Positions 14,301-27,380 of a stretch of DNA of 64,000 bases are shown in pieces. The stretch covers positions 4,177,154-4,241,153 of the forward strand of contig OZ199838.1 of the NCBI GenBank assembly GCA_964304625.1, in the 5' to 3' direction. How positions within the stretch are numbered: the stretch's first letter is position 1; the number at the start of each line of letters is the position of its first letter. The position numbers and the translations under genes were made by a program. Source of the DNA: Kudoa neothunni (lineage: Eukaryota; Animalia; Cnidaria). The notes beneath the pieces are model-generated. The model was not told the DNA's origin, made no database searches, and saw only the letters and a list, made by a program, of their open reading frames with translations.

Positions 14301-15113
14301 AATTAATAACGCTGCTAATCTGGTTGGCAAAAATCCGTCGGATGTTTTGACGCTATTGAACAGTATTATCAATTCTGGTGGTAACGTTCCTGTTGTATTA
14401 CAAAATTTACTTCGTGGTGGAGGCTCAAGAGAACAATCTCACTCCAACACCCCTAATAACAGATCGGTTTTAGGATCAAGTAATAGTGGAGTGATCATGG
14501 TTCCAAATACAAACGTTTCTAATAACCAATCCAATAATACATCTTCTGCTGCTACTACTGCTATAAATTTGCTCAGTCAAGCTAATCCTCGACTTTACAT
14601 TCAGCAATCTCATCCTTCAACCGTAATCCCAAACGTGTCTCAACAGCAGCGCGTTAATTCAAATAACCGAGCGGTAACTGGAACTGCTGTTTCATCAATG
14701 TACCACAACGTACCAACTTCGCAACCTAATGTCAATGTAAATATGGCCATGAATCATCCTTCTTTTAATGATATAAACTCTGGTGGCATGACTTCTGCCG
14801 ATAGTGGATCTACTTATTCCAATTCCAATATTAATATCAACCAAAACGCCTTTAAAAATTTCTCACAAAATGATCTGTTAAATTTTCTAAATGATTCAAA
14901 ATCTAATATCAATTCTACCAATCTTCAATCTAATTACGCAGCATTGCAACAAGTTTTGTCAAAATCCATTCAAAAAGTCAATCCTCATGCAACTGGAAAT
15001 AATCGTGGTGGTTATGGTCACAACCCCAATAATTCAGGTATTTTTTCCCATCTCGATTGTTACGATAACATTTTTTTATTGCAATTGTAGGTTACCAAAA
15101 TAACAATCCTTAA
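2319..15113 (+). CDS. dom: SWR1-class SNF2 chromatin remodeller (Domino/p400/SRCAP, H2A.Z exchange), ~3015 aa; exons 2319-4055, 6895-9204, 9293-9614, 9679-9869, 10526-13376, 13424-15037, 15091-15113
   Basis: HSA domain ([23 protein letters not shown]). SNF2 motifs [53 protein letters not shown], then a long split-ATPase insertion, [38 protein letters not shown] and [11 protein letters not shown]. The exon 1/2 junction gives the conserved KRH|[18 protein letters not shown]-like PVNWEFF segment and Q/N-rich tail follow. All introns are GT-AG and phase-compatible (9048 nt total). Joins after exon 2 are less certain. Confidence 0.9.
4534..5436. mobile_element. Non-autonomous piggyBac-like element inside Domino intron 1
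   Basis: TTAA|CCCTT left end and AAGGG|TTGA right end (degenerate TSD). Subterminal palindrome-like repeats (GGGGTATTTTAGGAACC; GGGGTACCTTAGGTACCC) show the short-left, long-right spacer layout also seen in the element at 46960. Confidence 0.6.
13790..14045 (+). repeat. Coding polyglutamine-rich (CAA/CAG) tract of the Domino C-terminus
   Basis: Runs such as [16 protein letters not shown] in the ORF at 13429-15090. Confidence 0.85.
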
Positions 15114-16108
15114 CTAAATTATGTATAAATTAATATTATATTTTTATTATTTTTCATTTATTGAGTTTTTTCTCGGCCACCCTGTTGCATTGGTTGCTTA
15201 AAACAGTATTATAAAAATGCTTTAGATTTTTTTAAATTTATTTTATTGCTCTCAGCTGTATACTTTATTGATTTTCTTTTTGATTCAATAAACAATTAAT
15301 ATGTCACGCGTCTCATGTTTTGTCTATGAATTGCATTTTTAGTCGAATCGGTTGAAATAAGTTATGACTGTCTATGTTCGGGATTAAGTTTGTTCTTGTT
15401 TCGAAGTGATTCGTCACATTTTGGGCTTTTATTTTGATCTTATAAGAGTATGGCACTACCATTCTTGTGTTTGTATAAATTGATTTATTTCCGTTTTCGC
15501 TACGCAAATTGTTATTAAATTCTCGTTTTAAATGTTTCGATGATTACAGGCTAACTAACTGATCAATATTCAATTTTTTTGCTGTATTCTATGTTAGGGT
15601 TGCGGTTCTCAAAGTGGGTTCCATGCCGCAACGGTAGGGGTTCCACAAAGTTAAAATGAAAAATCTCATTTAGTAATAAGATAAGAAACCAATGCAGATC
15701 GTATCTTATGATTTTAATGAATTTTCACTGATAGCTAAAGTTGATGGCGCTGATGATAGATTGCTTTTGTAGGTTAGCTACGCACCAACGCATCTGTAAA
15801 AAGATGTGCTACTTTGTTGTCAACACAAGTATTTCTGCTATTTAAAAAATTAATTTGACTATTTTTTAAGCCTTGCAATGGATCGACCGTTAAAAAGAAT
15901 AAGTACAGCAACACCATCTAAAGATGACACAGAAATTGATGAACTTACAAATGAACGATCTGCAAGCATTAGTTCAAAAAACACGGAATGTGTTCCAATA
16001 TACTGTTTTAAATTGTTTCCTTTATTGTATGTATTTGCTATTCCAATTTTGATAAGTGTGCTGAAAATAAAATATTTTGGTATTATGATAAATATTAACC
16101 CATTACGG

Positions 16109-16534
16109 CAGTGTTCCCAACCGGTTTTTGACCACGCCCCACTTTTTCTTTATAAGAAGTTCTGCGCTCCACATTTTTCAATGGCATTGATCATTCAATT
16201 TAAAAAGCTTAATTTTAATTTCATATTATATTCAAATTTGAAAACGATTAATATATACTTCTTTTCTCATTAAAATTAAGATGTATATGATTAGATTTAA
16301 CGTAATTTATGGATGGATATTAAAAATTACCATTTTTAGTTCTTCATACCATCATAAAGAGCGTTAAGTGGAACCCATTGTAATCTTGCTCGTATTAAGC
16401 AAGACCTCCATGTATACGTGTCCTATATAACAAAAATAAATAATCTATATATAAAATTAATCAATATTATCAATTGGACAAGATTGGGATTAATACCGTT
16501 CTGATTCCATTTGGGTAAGGACCAAGTTAAATGT

Positions 16535-16565
<31 letters not shown>

Positions 16566-16732
16566 TTAATCATTGGTTTTGGAATTGTTTTCTGATATTA
16601 GTAGTAACTTAAAAATAAAAGAGATCAAAAATCGAGGTATTGATTTCATTGTGCCCAAACATATCCAATTATCTCATCATTATCCACGCTATATTAATGC
16701 TTGGGATGTCGTCCCCAGGTTGGGAAACACTG
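16109..16732. mobile_element. hAT (Charlie-type) MITE, probably nested in an older Charlie-like element (~15600-16836)
   Basis: Termini CAGTGTTCCCAACC and GGTTGGGAAACACTG, with 8-bp flanks matching only 5/8. An outer GCGGTTCTCAAAGTGGGTTCC terminus lies at ~15601. Confidence 0.55.
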
Positions 16733-19143
16733 CGTTGAGGTTTGTGGAATTAGCCTTAATGGCGTAATTTAGATAAGGGTTCAATTATATTACAAATAAT
16801 GTAAAAGGGTTCCATTGCAAAATAGTTTAGATAAACTTTAAGAAGTAACATTATTTAGTAGTTGGCAAATTTTAGTTTTAGATTGCTACGAGAAAAATCT
16901 TTATAATTAAATCCAAAACATGCAATTAATTTTAATATCCATCATTTAAAATTTTTACAATTAAACATCATTTTCCATAAATAATAATAATGTTTTAGTT
17001 TATAAATTTTTTAAGGGTTTTCTCTTGCTTAATTTAAAAGGTTTTTAATTAATAATGAAAGATATCTACCATCAGATTCTTTAAACTGTTGTTTCCCACA
17101 TTATAATGATAAGAATTTATGTCATTTATAATAAAAAATATATGACCTATAATAAATTTATTAAAAAAGGTTAAACATGGTTATTTAACTTTTTCGGAAT
17201 TAATTATTTTCATCATAACGACTAATAAGCACCTTTATATTACAATATCTCAATGTGATTTTTCCCTATTTGTTTATAATTTAATTCATCAACGGAAGTT
17301 CTATTTTCCTAAATAAATTGTACACTGAGTTATATAAAAATAAAATATTATGAATTTCAGGAAATATAAAATAAATATACTCCGCAGAAAGGCAAAATTA
17401 TATGATTGCGCAATTATAAAATCTTTCGTTTCTAATAACAATCTTATTCTTGTTGTATGTAAAGCTTTATTAAAACAATGGCAAACCATTCATATATTGT
17501 TATTTCGCACTTGTTGGAACATTTAAAATGGGACAAAATAAAAATTCTGCGCCATGTAACCGTTAGGTTGCACGGACATAAAACAAAACTTAATAATGTA
17601 TCGAGATTAATTCAGTGTGACTATTTTGAAAAAATGTTTCACGTGCCAATTATTTGTTTATTACATTATTTTAATATTTCATGTAAGCTTTAATGAAAGA
17701 GTTAATACATTCGAACCACTATACACGTTTCTTGCAAATTTCAGAGAAAAGACAGAATATTTTATTATTAATCAACAAGCATTGTTTATTAAACATAAAG
17801 AAAATGGAATTTAATTATTTCGTTATAATTTATTGTTGTAGGTCAGATTCTTCCAAGATTCTATCGGATAGCGAACATTTTATTTATCATTAATTTGATC
17901 AATGATATTGGGCTCTCAGGGGTACATGTATAGAAAAAATCAAATTGTATTTAGTAATTAAATTCATCTTTTTTTTATAAAAAATATTTCGATGTTATCC
18001 AAATTGTTAGCATTATCCATTTGTCGTAATTACATTAAATATGGTAGTAAAAATCCATACTAAATTTCATAAAAAATGTTATGCTTAGTCGACAATTAAC
18101 TCCCATTTAAAGAAGAAATTTATTCTTAACTAGCGCTAATGCCCAGCTACGCCTGGTACTATGTGATGGCAATCCTTAACTTTTAGTTTTATTTTTGAAT
18201 GGATAAATTCTACAGGAAATCTAATCTAATTAGTACGTTAAACCATGTAAATTTTATTTTTCTATTTTAATTTATGCATTTTAAAGCTTGTCATTATTTT
18301 TGCAATATGGTGAACTAGATAAACAAAATTATGCGCACACTTCTCATTCAAATATAAAAGGAGGTATTGAGAGAAATTAATGAGTATTTTTAAGTTTATT
18401 TTACAAATTATTGAACGAATAAAATTCATTTATTTAGTAAACGAAATCATTAAGTAACTTAAATAAGACTTTCAGTTCTTTTCAAAATTCTACGATAAAA
18501 ATTAATCTCTCTAGTTATAAAATTTATTATTGGTCTACAAATGATAAAAAGATAAAATGGACATAAGATACGTCGGAAATAAAAATATTAATTGTTACTC
18601 CTTTTTTCGCAAGTTTATAATGATGCCAATGATATTTTGAAAAGCTGTGAGCAGTAACTTACGTATTCACTTTTGTAACGTAATCCCCCGATTTTTTAAT
18701 AAATGAAACCTTTCTTTTTAACAAAAATATACAAATTTAAGTAACGAAATACGATTAAATGTAAAAATGTTATTGGTTTGAAAAATTACAGTAATGCTTA
18801 AATATCAACTGGTTTTTCCGAAGGAGTGCATCCTTTTATAAATAAACGTACTACTTTATTTTCTAAAAAATTTCTTTGTATTAAACTATTCTTAGATTAA
18901 AGGAAATTTTGTGAAAATATCGGTTGAATCGAATAGACCAATAATTTCTTATTAACTTACATGACGCGTATTGAGATTGAGGGGGGACTGTATTTTGTGC
19001 AAAAGTATTCGTGAATATAAATCCTTAAACTACGTATAGAATGAGATGCCGCATATTTTCTTGCGGATTTTATATTATAATGAATTATTTTTAGCGAAAA
19101 GAAAATTATATATTGATTTTAATATTAATTTTAAGGTCTGGAG

Positions 19144-19573
19144 TAGACTTGCAAAGTTCGGGACTAGCTAGCCCCGCATCCCAAAAAATTTTAAAAATAT
19201 GAAATACTATAACAGTGACGACTATAATGATCTTTCTCCACGTGCTCCAAATGCATTTCGATTCGCCCACCGACTTCCAAATAAGCAAGAAACTGCGTCT
19301 TCTTTCACTTACGTTGAACGATGGTCGCGGATGAAGACGGATTATAAAAACAGGATCATCGAGTGAAGAAGTACATTTATTTTTGAGAAAAATGTTTATT
19401 AATTATTGATAAGAGAATTCATAAACATGCCCAAGCAGAGCACAAAGTTAATCTAAGAGTGTTAATTGCTTCTCAAATTAAAGGGAGAACGAATAATATA
19501 ACAAATGTTAAAAAATAAAAATCCCGAGATTTGAAAATATGAAAATTCCCGAACCCCGAAATTTGCAAGCCTA
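19144..19573. mobile_element. hAT-type MITE
   Basis: TIRs TAGACTTGCAAAGTTCGGG and CCCGAAATTTGCAAGCCTA; 8-bp flanks gtctggag/gtctgggt. Confidence 0.7.
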
Positions 19574-19887
19574 GTCTGGGTATAAGGAATAATTAGGTTA
19601 CTAAGAACTTGAACATTATTTAAAAAATTATCTCATAAAATATAGAAACTTATCGAATTAGTTATGACGGTTTTTTTTGGAAGAAAGTTTAGGAAAACCA
19701 AAAAATGAGTATAAACATCGAAAAGACGAATATAGTTTCAATTTTAATCGATATATTAGATAAAAGGAAATGTTTACATCTCAGGAATTCCAATAGAGCA
19801 TAATTTTCATTTAAGAAATTATCGCAAATATTTAATTATTCGAAGACTCCATACACATCTCACATCGTTTTTAGAGTACGTATAGAG

Positions 19888-20619
19888 CAATGGTTTTCAA
19901 CCTTATTGGAAACGCGGAACCCCAAAGAGATTAAAATTTTTTAAATTTGTATTCGCGCTTATTAACAAAAATAAAAAAGATAATAGATATAAAATTAAAT
20001 CTTAATAAATAAAATACTTGTTTTAAATTTGCACGCGAGCTCACCAAAAAAAAACAGATATTTTCAAAGTTTGTTTTTTATTCAAAATAAACAATAACTA
20101 TGATATTTGTGGTTGGTGACTTCATATTACAGCTGCAATATTTGGATATTTTTTGTCTCCACGTTAAAGCGTTGAATCAAAAGCGATAACTTTTTGAATA
20201 TTGTTCATATGTGAAAGCAAGCATGGATCATCCATTTTCTTTTGTTTCAATAGTGAAAGACCAACACGATCCCAGGTATCGCAAAATGCTTTCTATGCAG
20301 AAAACTTTTTAAGGAAGAAAGACGAAACAATAGCAAAATTTGATGAAATTGGGGCTCTTGCATTCAAAAACGAACTCAGATTCTTGGAGCACCGCTACCA
20401 TCATTCAGTGGAGTTTTAACTAATTAAGAGGATTAAAATCCTTATTATTAAAATTATTCTAAATTTAGGTACATGTTATGAGAATAATAATTAATTATAA
20501 AGGACACAATTGTTCATATTCGACATCACCAAACATATCGGCAACATTTATTTGAATTTAGATGCCAATAGAAAATTTTCGTAGGTATTCCTGCCGCGGA
20601 TCCCCGGTTGAACCCAATG
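19888..20619. mobile_element. hAT (Charlie-type) non-autonomous element
   Basis: TIRs CAATGGTTTTCAACC and GGTTGAACCCAATG; perfect 8-bp TSD GTATAGAG. Confidence 0.8.
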
Positions 20620-21158
20620 GTATAGAGACAAATTATTCCAACATGACAACAACTTAAATCTCGAATTATGTGTTTTATTTAAAATGATCATAATCTTTTT
20701 CGCTAAACTATATCCATAACGTTTGATGAAATGAAAATGATTGCTAAATAATCCGGTTATGTTTCAAACATTAAGGGTAATGCAACAACTCTTGTAAATG
20801 TGACGTTAATAGTTTCATTTGTCTTACAATTTCTCAAAACGACATATATAACATTATTAAAAAATTTTACACCATAATCAGCGGATTCACTTTGTATATA
20901 GTGGGTGGAAGTTCATTTTAATTGACTATCACTCAGAAGTAAACAAACATCAATATTATGCAAGTACTTTTTAATCTGCTTTTTGAGTTGACAACCAGAA
21001 AATTCCTTACTTCTGACTACGATATTGATTATATTTATACTTCTAAGTAAATTAACAACTTTTATTAATTGTATCACCTATTAAAATGCAAAAAAATCCT
21101 GTATTTATGAAAAGTTTCACCATGGCACATGCGTACAGCGGCAAACACACACATACAC

Positions 21159-21757
21159 CAGGGTTGTCAGCGGGATTTTAGAAAAAACTCAAGTTTAAGT
21201 AAAAAACCACACGGTCGAGAAAAACGCTAGTCTAAAGTACGACAAAAAATAGAATCATATCTATTAAAGTTTTTAATCATCTTCTGAGTCTTCAAATACG
21301 TCTACAGATATTAAATTTAAATTTATCATCGTATTATTGCAATTTATTGGCGCGAACATCCACCCATACTTAATATCTAATATAGATCAATATGCTCACA
21401 GTGAATTAAATAATTCATAGTTCAAGATATATTTTGAAATAACATTAAATTTTCTATTAATGTGCGACAATGTTAATTGAACAATTATGCAATCGTGCCC
21501 CGATAAAACAATCTATTGTGCTGTCGTTCAATATCGTAAATGTTTAAACCCTGCATGATATAATCTGAGTAGAATACGTTATTAAAAATATAAATATTAA
21601 TGTCGCACATAACAAAATTTGTGTTATTATTCAATGTTTACAGGTTTTCAATAAAAACCCAAGATTTTAAAGAAAAATGAAAAAAAAACCAAGAACCCAA
21701 GATGACCACAAAAAACCCAAGATCTTGGGGGGAAAAACACAAGCAGTGGACGCCCTG
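21159..21757. mobile_element. hAT-type MITE with subterminal AACCCAAGA repeats
   Basis: TIRs CAGGGTTGTC and GGACGCCCTG; 8-bp flanks acatacac/acagacat; clustered (A)ACCCAAGA repeats at 21655-21725. Confidence 0.7.
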
Positions 21758-22359
21758 ACAGACATAAGAACTTTATATATATAGTAGATAATAAACGAAT
21801 CTACTCAGATTTAAAAAACGACATGTAATACTAAAACGAAATTAAAGTTATAATAAATTCATGCATGTGGATAAAATTTATAATTATAAAAGTATTTCTG
21901 TTTTCCTGTATTGACTATCAGTTCAATTTTTGTTGTTTAATAAACTGACTCTGAATCATTTGTATTGATTTAAAAATGGAAAAACGGTGTCAATATTTAA
22001 TTTCGCTTTACTTCTTTGAAATAAAATTCACAAAAAATGATTATACACATTGATTTTGAAATATTGTCAAACCTAATGGCGGCTAAAATTAGCGCGAAAT
22101 ATTCATTTTCTAGTGTTTGTAAAAAAATTTTGCATAAACAAATAATCCTGAATGTTTTTAAATAGCTTAAAAGGTTTAAAATCGAGATTTGCACTTAATA
22201 AAACGATAAAAGAATGACAACGAAAAGTGCACAATATCCACCTACGTAATAATCGTTGTTGGCTGTACGAATTTTAAAATATTGAAGTTAACACGTAGTT
22301 CTATTTGATTAAAATTTTTCGGCTTCTTTCAATAAGTCCTATTAAGCCATTTTAACAGT

Positions 22360-22596
22360 GGAAGTGTCTATTGTAACGGATCGTAATAACCAGATGAGAG
22401 TAGTTTTGACTGTATTTAATTATTTATGGCCCTTCATCTCCGCTATAGGGGCTTAAAACAATTAAATACAACAGACTACCAAAAAATAAAATTTGTATAT
22501 AAACTATAAATGGGAATTGTTGGGATAAAAAGTGACGTCGCGCGCAAGCGTAGATGCCGTTTAGGGTTAAAAATATCCGTTACAATAATTACTGAC
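22360..22596 (+). mobile_element. ~237-bp MULE-type MITE, copy 1 (internal hairpin)
   Basis: TIRs GGAAGTGTCTATTGTAACGGAT and ATCCGTTACAATAATTACTGAC; homologous along its length to 25637-25873. Confidence 0.7.
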
Positions 22597-23535
22597 TTAA
22601 TCAATTCATTGATTTATCTGTGAAATAAAACCATAAGTAGGCATTTACTCGCTATTATTGTTTTAATGGATTCTTGTTTCAAAATCTATACATACATACG
22701 TCATCTAATATTTAATTTGCTGTAATACAAAAATATAAACGTTAAAGACATTATGTGCGAAAAGATTAAGATTATACAGTTTTCAACTCAATGTAGATAT
22801 ATTACTTAAATACGATTAACTTTAACAAAAATACCTATCAATTAAAAAAATTAATCACTCATCAATAAGTAAAGCTGGGTTTTCACTTTATTTATTGTAC
22901 AAATCTTTCTGAACGAGATTAATTATTTTATAAGGTTGTAAATATAAAAGTTGTTTTCAATGCTTTTAATACTTATGCTTAACAATACAGATAAGTGTGA
23001 AGCAATTTACACATGAGCAAGAGTATGCGCGTAAGTAAAAAACTCCCAAAGATTTAAGGTTTTATTTATGGAGGCTTGATAAATCCTTTTGTTAAAATAG
23101 ATCAATTATAGTGTTAAATGTATAATTTAAAAAATGAAAAATATTCTATCGATGTCTGAGTGCCTTTTCCCGACCAAACCAATATAAACCAGATCAGCGA
23201 AGCTTGCTCATCATTCTCAGACGGTATTCTCTTATTTGTAAACAAGTCAATTACCTGTATAAATCAATAACACCAGCTATTAGATTAAATTTTATTAAAT
23301 AAACAAAAAAATTATAAATATATTGCAAAAATTGTATCAAATAAACATGAAACGGCAAGAAACAAACACAAAATTAAATATTACTAAAGAATTATCGGAT
23401 AGAATGTAATGAAAATAAACTTTAAGCTAATAGATATCGATAGCAAATGAAAATCATATATAGTAGAGATATATCAAAGTAGAAATGTCGAATGGAGAAA
23501 TTTCATCAAAGTAGGTATCACCAAAACAACTTAAA

Positions 23536-24983
23536 TTATTGGGAAAGAGATTCAATTTTCTTTTCCAATTCAGCGACTCTAGCTTCAAGTTTGGCGAAAT
23601 CTTCCGCACTGACTCCGCCTGCAGAGCGTCTGACAAGCATAGATTTGTTAACATTGACTTGAACAGTGGATTTCATTCTTTCTGGAATAGAATGGACAAC
23701 ACGAGGTTCATATGTTTTAAGGGATAAGAATTTTGGTTCAATTTTTTTTCCAGCGATGAAATCTTCAACAGTCATTGCAGGAACGTCACCTTTTGTGTCA
23801 GGGAAAATATCTTCTTGGAATTTGTCGGATTTTCTAGGTACAATTAAAGAAATAGGATCCAAAGCTTTATCGGTGGCTTTTACAAAGTGCATCAATTCGT
23901 TGTGATGAACATCACAAGCAAGTTTAGGTGCGAAACAACCAGCACGAAGTTGTTCACCCTCGTTGATATTACAGACAGAGAAGATTTGACCACTTGACTC
24001 CATCTCATAAATATTCATAATACTGCTACCTTTGGAGAAGAGGCAAAGCAGACTGACATCAAAATCGTAAAATACATTGTAAGCAGCAACACCTTGACCA
24101 ACAACTTCGTTAGCCACTGGTTTGGTTGTATCATCAAGATTCCAAATGCTTACACATCTTTCACTTTTTCTGTTGAATCCAGAAGTGCACAAAAAGTTTC
24201 CAAATTTATCAACATATTGAACACGGGTAGGTTTGGATCCTTCGTGAGCTTGGAAAGAATGAACTATACTACCGGTATAGAGATCGAATATTCGGACCAT
24301 TTTGTCCTTGAAAGAGGCAGCCAAATGGGTTCCATTTTTGTTGATGGATGCACTGAAGATTTGATCAGATTCACCCAAATCTTCAATGCTTCTTATGACG
24401 GCGTAATCTTTCATATTATAGATGGTGATACAGTCAGCATTGACAAATATGGCAACATCAGAAGCAGATGGATGCCAAAATGTTTGTATAGCTCTTCGTT
24501 GCGAGAAACTCAGGTTGGCAATTGGCTCCTTGATATCCTCGGTAAGACCTTCATCTCCAATGCACCAACACAAAAAGGTACCATCATCATCTCCAGAAAC
24601 CAATCTATTTGGATAGAATGGATCAAAGCTTAAATCCACAATAGGTTTTCCATGACCAATACATTTTAATACTGTCTCCAATCTGCCAGGCTAAACAAAC
24701 ACATAAGTAGCATGATCTCCAAAGAATGAACGGTTTGTTTGTTTTTCGAAACAGAGGTAACTTGGTTAATTCATAAAACGGAGCATACCTTATCTCGTCT
24801 CAAAACGGTAAAATCAAGCGATTTGGCCACATTCAATACTGCAGCAATAAACATCTCATTGCAAGCAACGTAATTCCCGTCCAATCTACTCTGACTTACT
24901 TCAACACCTTCAAACTGTTGTTCCTTTGGTGCCGATTTGGCATATACATGCCTAAATTTGGACTCTCTCATAAACTTCTTCAT
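23536..24983 (-). CDS. coro: Coronin (WD40 F-actin regulator with C-terminal coiled coil), 449 aa; exons 24789-24983 and 23536-24690
   Basis: N-terminal SKFRHVY signature, PGR...GH...VDLSFDPF, WHPSA, AHEGSKPTRV, TSGFNRKSER, IVPRKSDKFQEDIFPDT and a terminal heptad LEARVAELEKKI. One 98-nt GT-AG intron, phase 0. Confidence 0.95.
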
Positions 24984-25636
24984 CTTTCCAAATCAAATAA
25001 GCTTATTATTGGGCAGGATAAAGCATTAGGCGAACATATTATATCAACCACACCTCATCCGAACATTTATTCGGCTTCACTTTAACTCAATCCGGTCTGT
25101 AATTGTTGACTCAGCTGAAGGAAAAATTGTTATACATTTTTGCCCCACTACCCAGTTTATACTTACCGAATAGTGCAAAATTATTTGTTATACAATAATC
25201 GTCTCCCAAATCGTAGTGGATTGAAAATTGGCTTTAATAATCTATTTTATGTATTGATTTAATACCAGATAGATTAGCATTTTGTTTTTTAATGAGATAT
25301 ACCTTAGGATTATCTAATTCTTCGTCAATATATTATCGAGCATTTGTTTATTAAAAAATTACCGTACTTAGTCAACCGAATCTGTTTCGTGTTACAATAT
25401 TTATTTATCTGGATATATTATCTGGGGAAGAGGATTTCAGTGGTAATCATTTTATTGATATTTCAGGCCGATTAACCTCTAAACGACGAACTCGTACTTT
25501 AGCTTGGTTGGATCAAGTTGGAATCAAATGTGGTTGTCAGGAACCATTGCCATTAATCATTAATAGTGGAACGAATCGCGCTGAACTGTTAATATTTATC
25601 ACAAAACCTTATCTTTCAATTCCTGTGTTAATTTAA

Positions 25637-25873
25637 GGAAATGGCTATTGAAACGGAACAAAATATCCAGGTAGGTATAGTTTTGATTGTATTTAATTAT
25701 TTTTGGCCCACATCGCTATCGTTTCTGGGTGCTAAAAATAATTAAATGCAGCAGATTCTAAGAAATAAACTTCATAGACCAACTACATGTAGGCGTTGCC
25801 GGGCTTAAAATGGACAATGCGCAAGCGTAGGTTACATTTTGGATTAAAAACTTCCGTGTCAATAGCCAGTGCC
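25637..25873 (+). mobile_element. ~237-bp MULE-type MITE, copy 2
   Basis: TIRs GGAAATGGCTATTGAAACGGAA and TTCCGTGTCAATAGCCAGTGCC; 9-bp flanks ttaatttaa/ttaacttac (7/9). Confidence 0.75.
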
Positions 25874-27380
25874 TTAACTTACCTAGATTTTCAGATGAAA
25901 ACTTCGATGCATAACACATCCGAAAATGTGTAACGTTTATTGCTGATAGGATGCAGACTCATGGTGATTTAAACTTATTTCTCCAATTTTAAATAAAATA
26001 TAATTTGAACCCTACCGTGTAGTATTTAAATCACTACTCTCTCCATTTGTCCATATATAATATTTTGTATGGAAGGCAATGATTGATTTATTATCTCAGA
26101 TGATGATTAATGATGGAATCGGTTTTAAGTCGCTAATACATAAACAGGTGTAACAATTTGCAATAGATCGAAATTAGTTAATTAAATTATGTGATAAATT
26201 TTTCACACGTTCCATACAAGAATAATCATACCTTGACCGAACCCTTAATTATTCCGACGCTAAAGACATCAAACGTCGCTACCCGACTCATTGCGTTGGC
26301 GTGATGCTGGGGTCCATTGTGAACGTTTCTTGTATTAACTGTGGCATTTGAGGATACAATTATTATCATTAATTTTTTTTGGTGTATAAAAAAATCCAAT
26401 TCATATAAAATTAATTCAACATCTGTCTTCTATATTACAGTACGCAATCGATTTTTTGTACCGTTTAACTTCTTGTTTCTCGTTTACCTCAAAACTTTCT
26501 GTAAAAGTCGAAATCTAATGTTGGAATATCATATTAAAATTGGGTTTGAAAAAGTTTAAAAATAAAGAAAAAATGATGAAAATACGAGGAGTCCATCGTT
26601 GCCGATTGTATGTACTTTTTCTGAAAATTTTCGAGGGCACTTGGGGGTTTTTAGTAGTTTTCAGATGGTAGGAAAAAGGACAAACGCAGATCTATTAAGG
26701 GAAATTTGGAGTAATCGAATTTTTTTCACACTTGCCCAAGAAGGGAGCGATGGCTGCGACTGTTCGACATTTAAACTACCCATAATTTCAACATTTGATG
26801 GGATTCTAATAAGAAGGCGGAAATTGTGGAAACTCATGGCAATGGGCTAGCTTCATCGAAAAGAAAAACTTTGAAACGGTACCAACAAAGAGCTTTATTC
26901 TGAAATTGTTAAGTGGGCTAATTTGATGCTCTCACGAAAAATAAAGTTAACATCTATTTATATTATTAATTAAAAGATAGAATTAGGCTCAAATCATTTG
27001 TGTGTGGATTCATCAACACACGGATGGTTAAAGCAGGGGTCGGCAACCTACGGCCCACAGTGCATTGAATGACGTAAAAATTTTCCTTACTAGCTAAAAT
27101 ACCCTAATGATTTTTAAGATTTTCTAGATCGCTTTTCTAAATGTTAGTATGTTGTCGATACGAACATTGTAGCTATTTAACATTCATTTTCATTAATTCG
27201 GAAAACCGGAATACATGTGATTTTTAAAATAACGTTGAAATTATTTCTATAAAAGTATAAAATATTTTTAAAAGGGGCATATAGGTACATCTCGTTTGAC
27301 ATACTCCAATGAATCGTTCTTTCGCAAGTTAAGCACGAGTTGATTACATTGGAGGAGAAAATTGTCATAATATAATACTA

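Larger units (their letters stand above)
18130..21788 (-). mobile_element. Non-autonomous Helitron hosting three hAT MITEs
   Basis: On the minus strand: 5' A|TCTACTATATATATAAAG...TGTCTGT start at 21788, and a 3' hairpin (ACCAGGCGTAGCTGGGC) followed by CTAG|T at 18130. The same end architecture occurs at 61624-62388. Pairing of the two ends is inferred. Confidence 0.5.

Noticed and set aside
2319-15113. Reading the five large ORFs as separate genes
   Set aside because: Phase-compatible GT-AG junctions join them, and the exon 1/2 junction restores a conserved SWR1 motif.
21655-21725. Short AACCCAAGA repeat cluster, and the 61366/61624 duplication, as CRISPR-like or telomeric arrays
   Set aside because: Spacing is irregular, the context is eukaryotic, and both are explained as TE subterminal or terminal repeats.
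24094-24633. 179-aa + strand ORF
   Set aside because: It is an antisense shadow of coronin exon 2 with no recognisable motifs.
26240-27060. GC-richer segment with an 83-aa ORF and a solo CAGGGGTCGGCAACCT terminus
   Set aside because: Probably TE debris, but no matching TIR pair or protein motif could be established.
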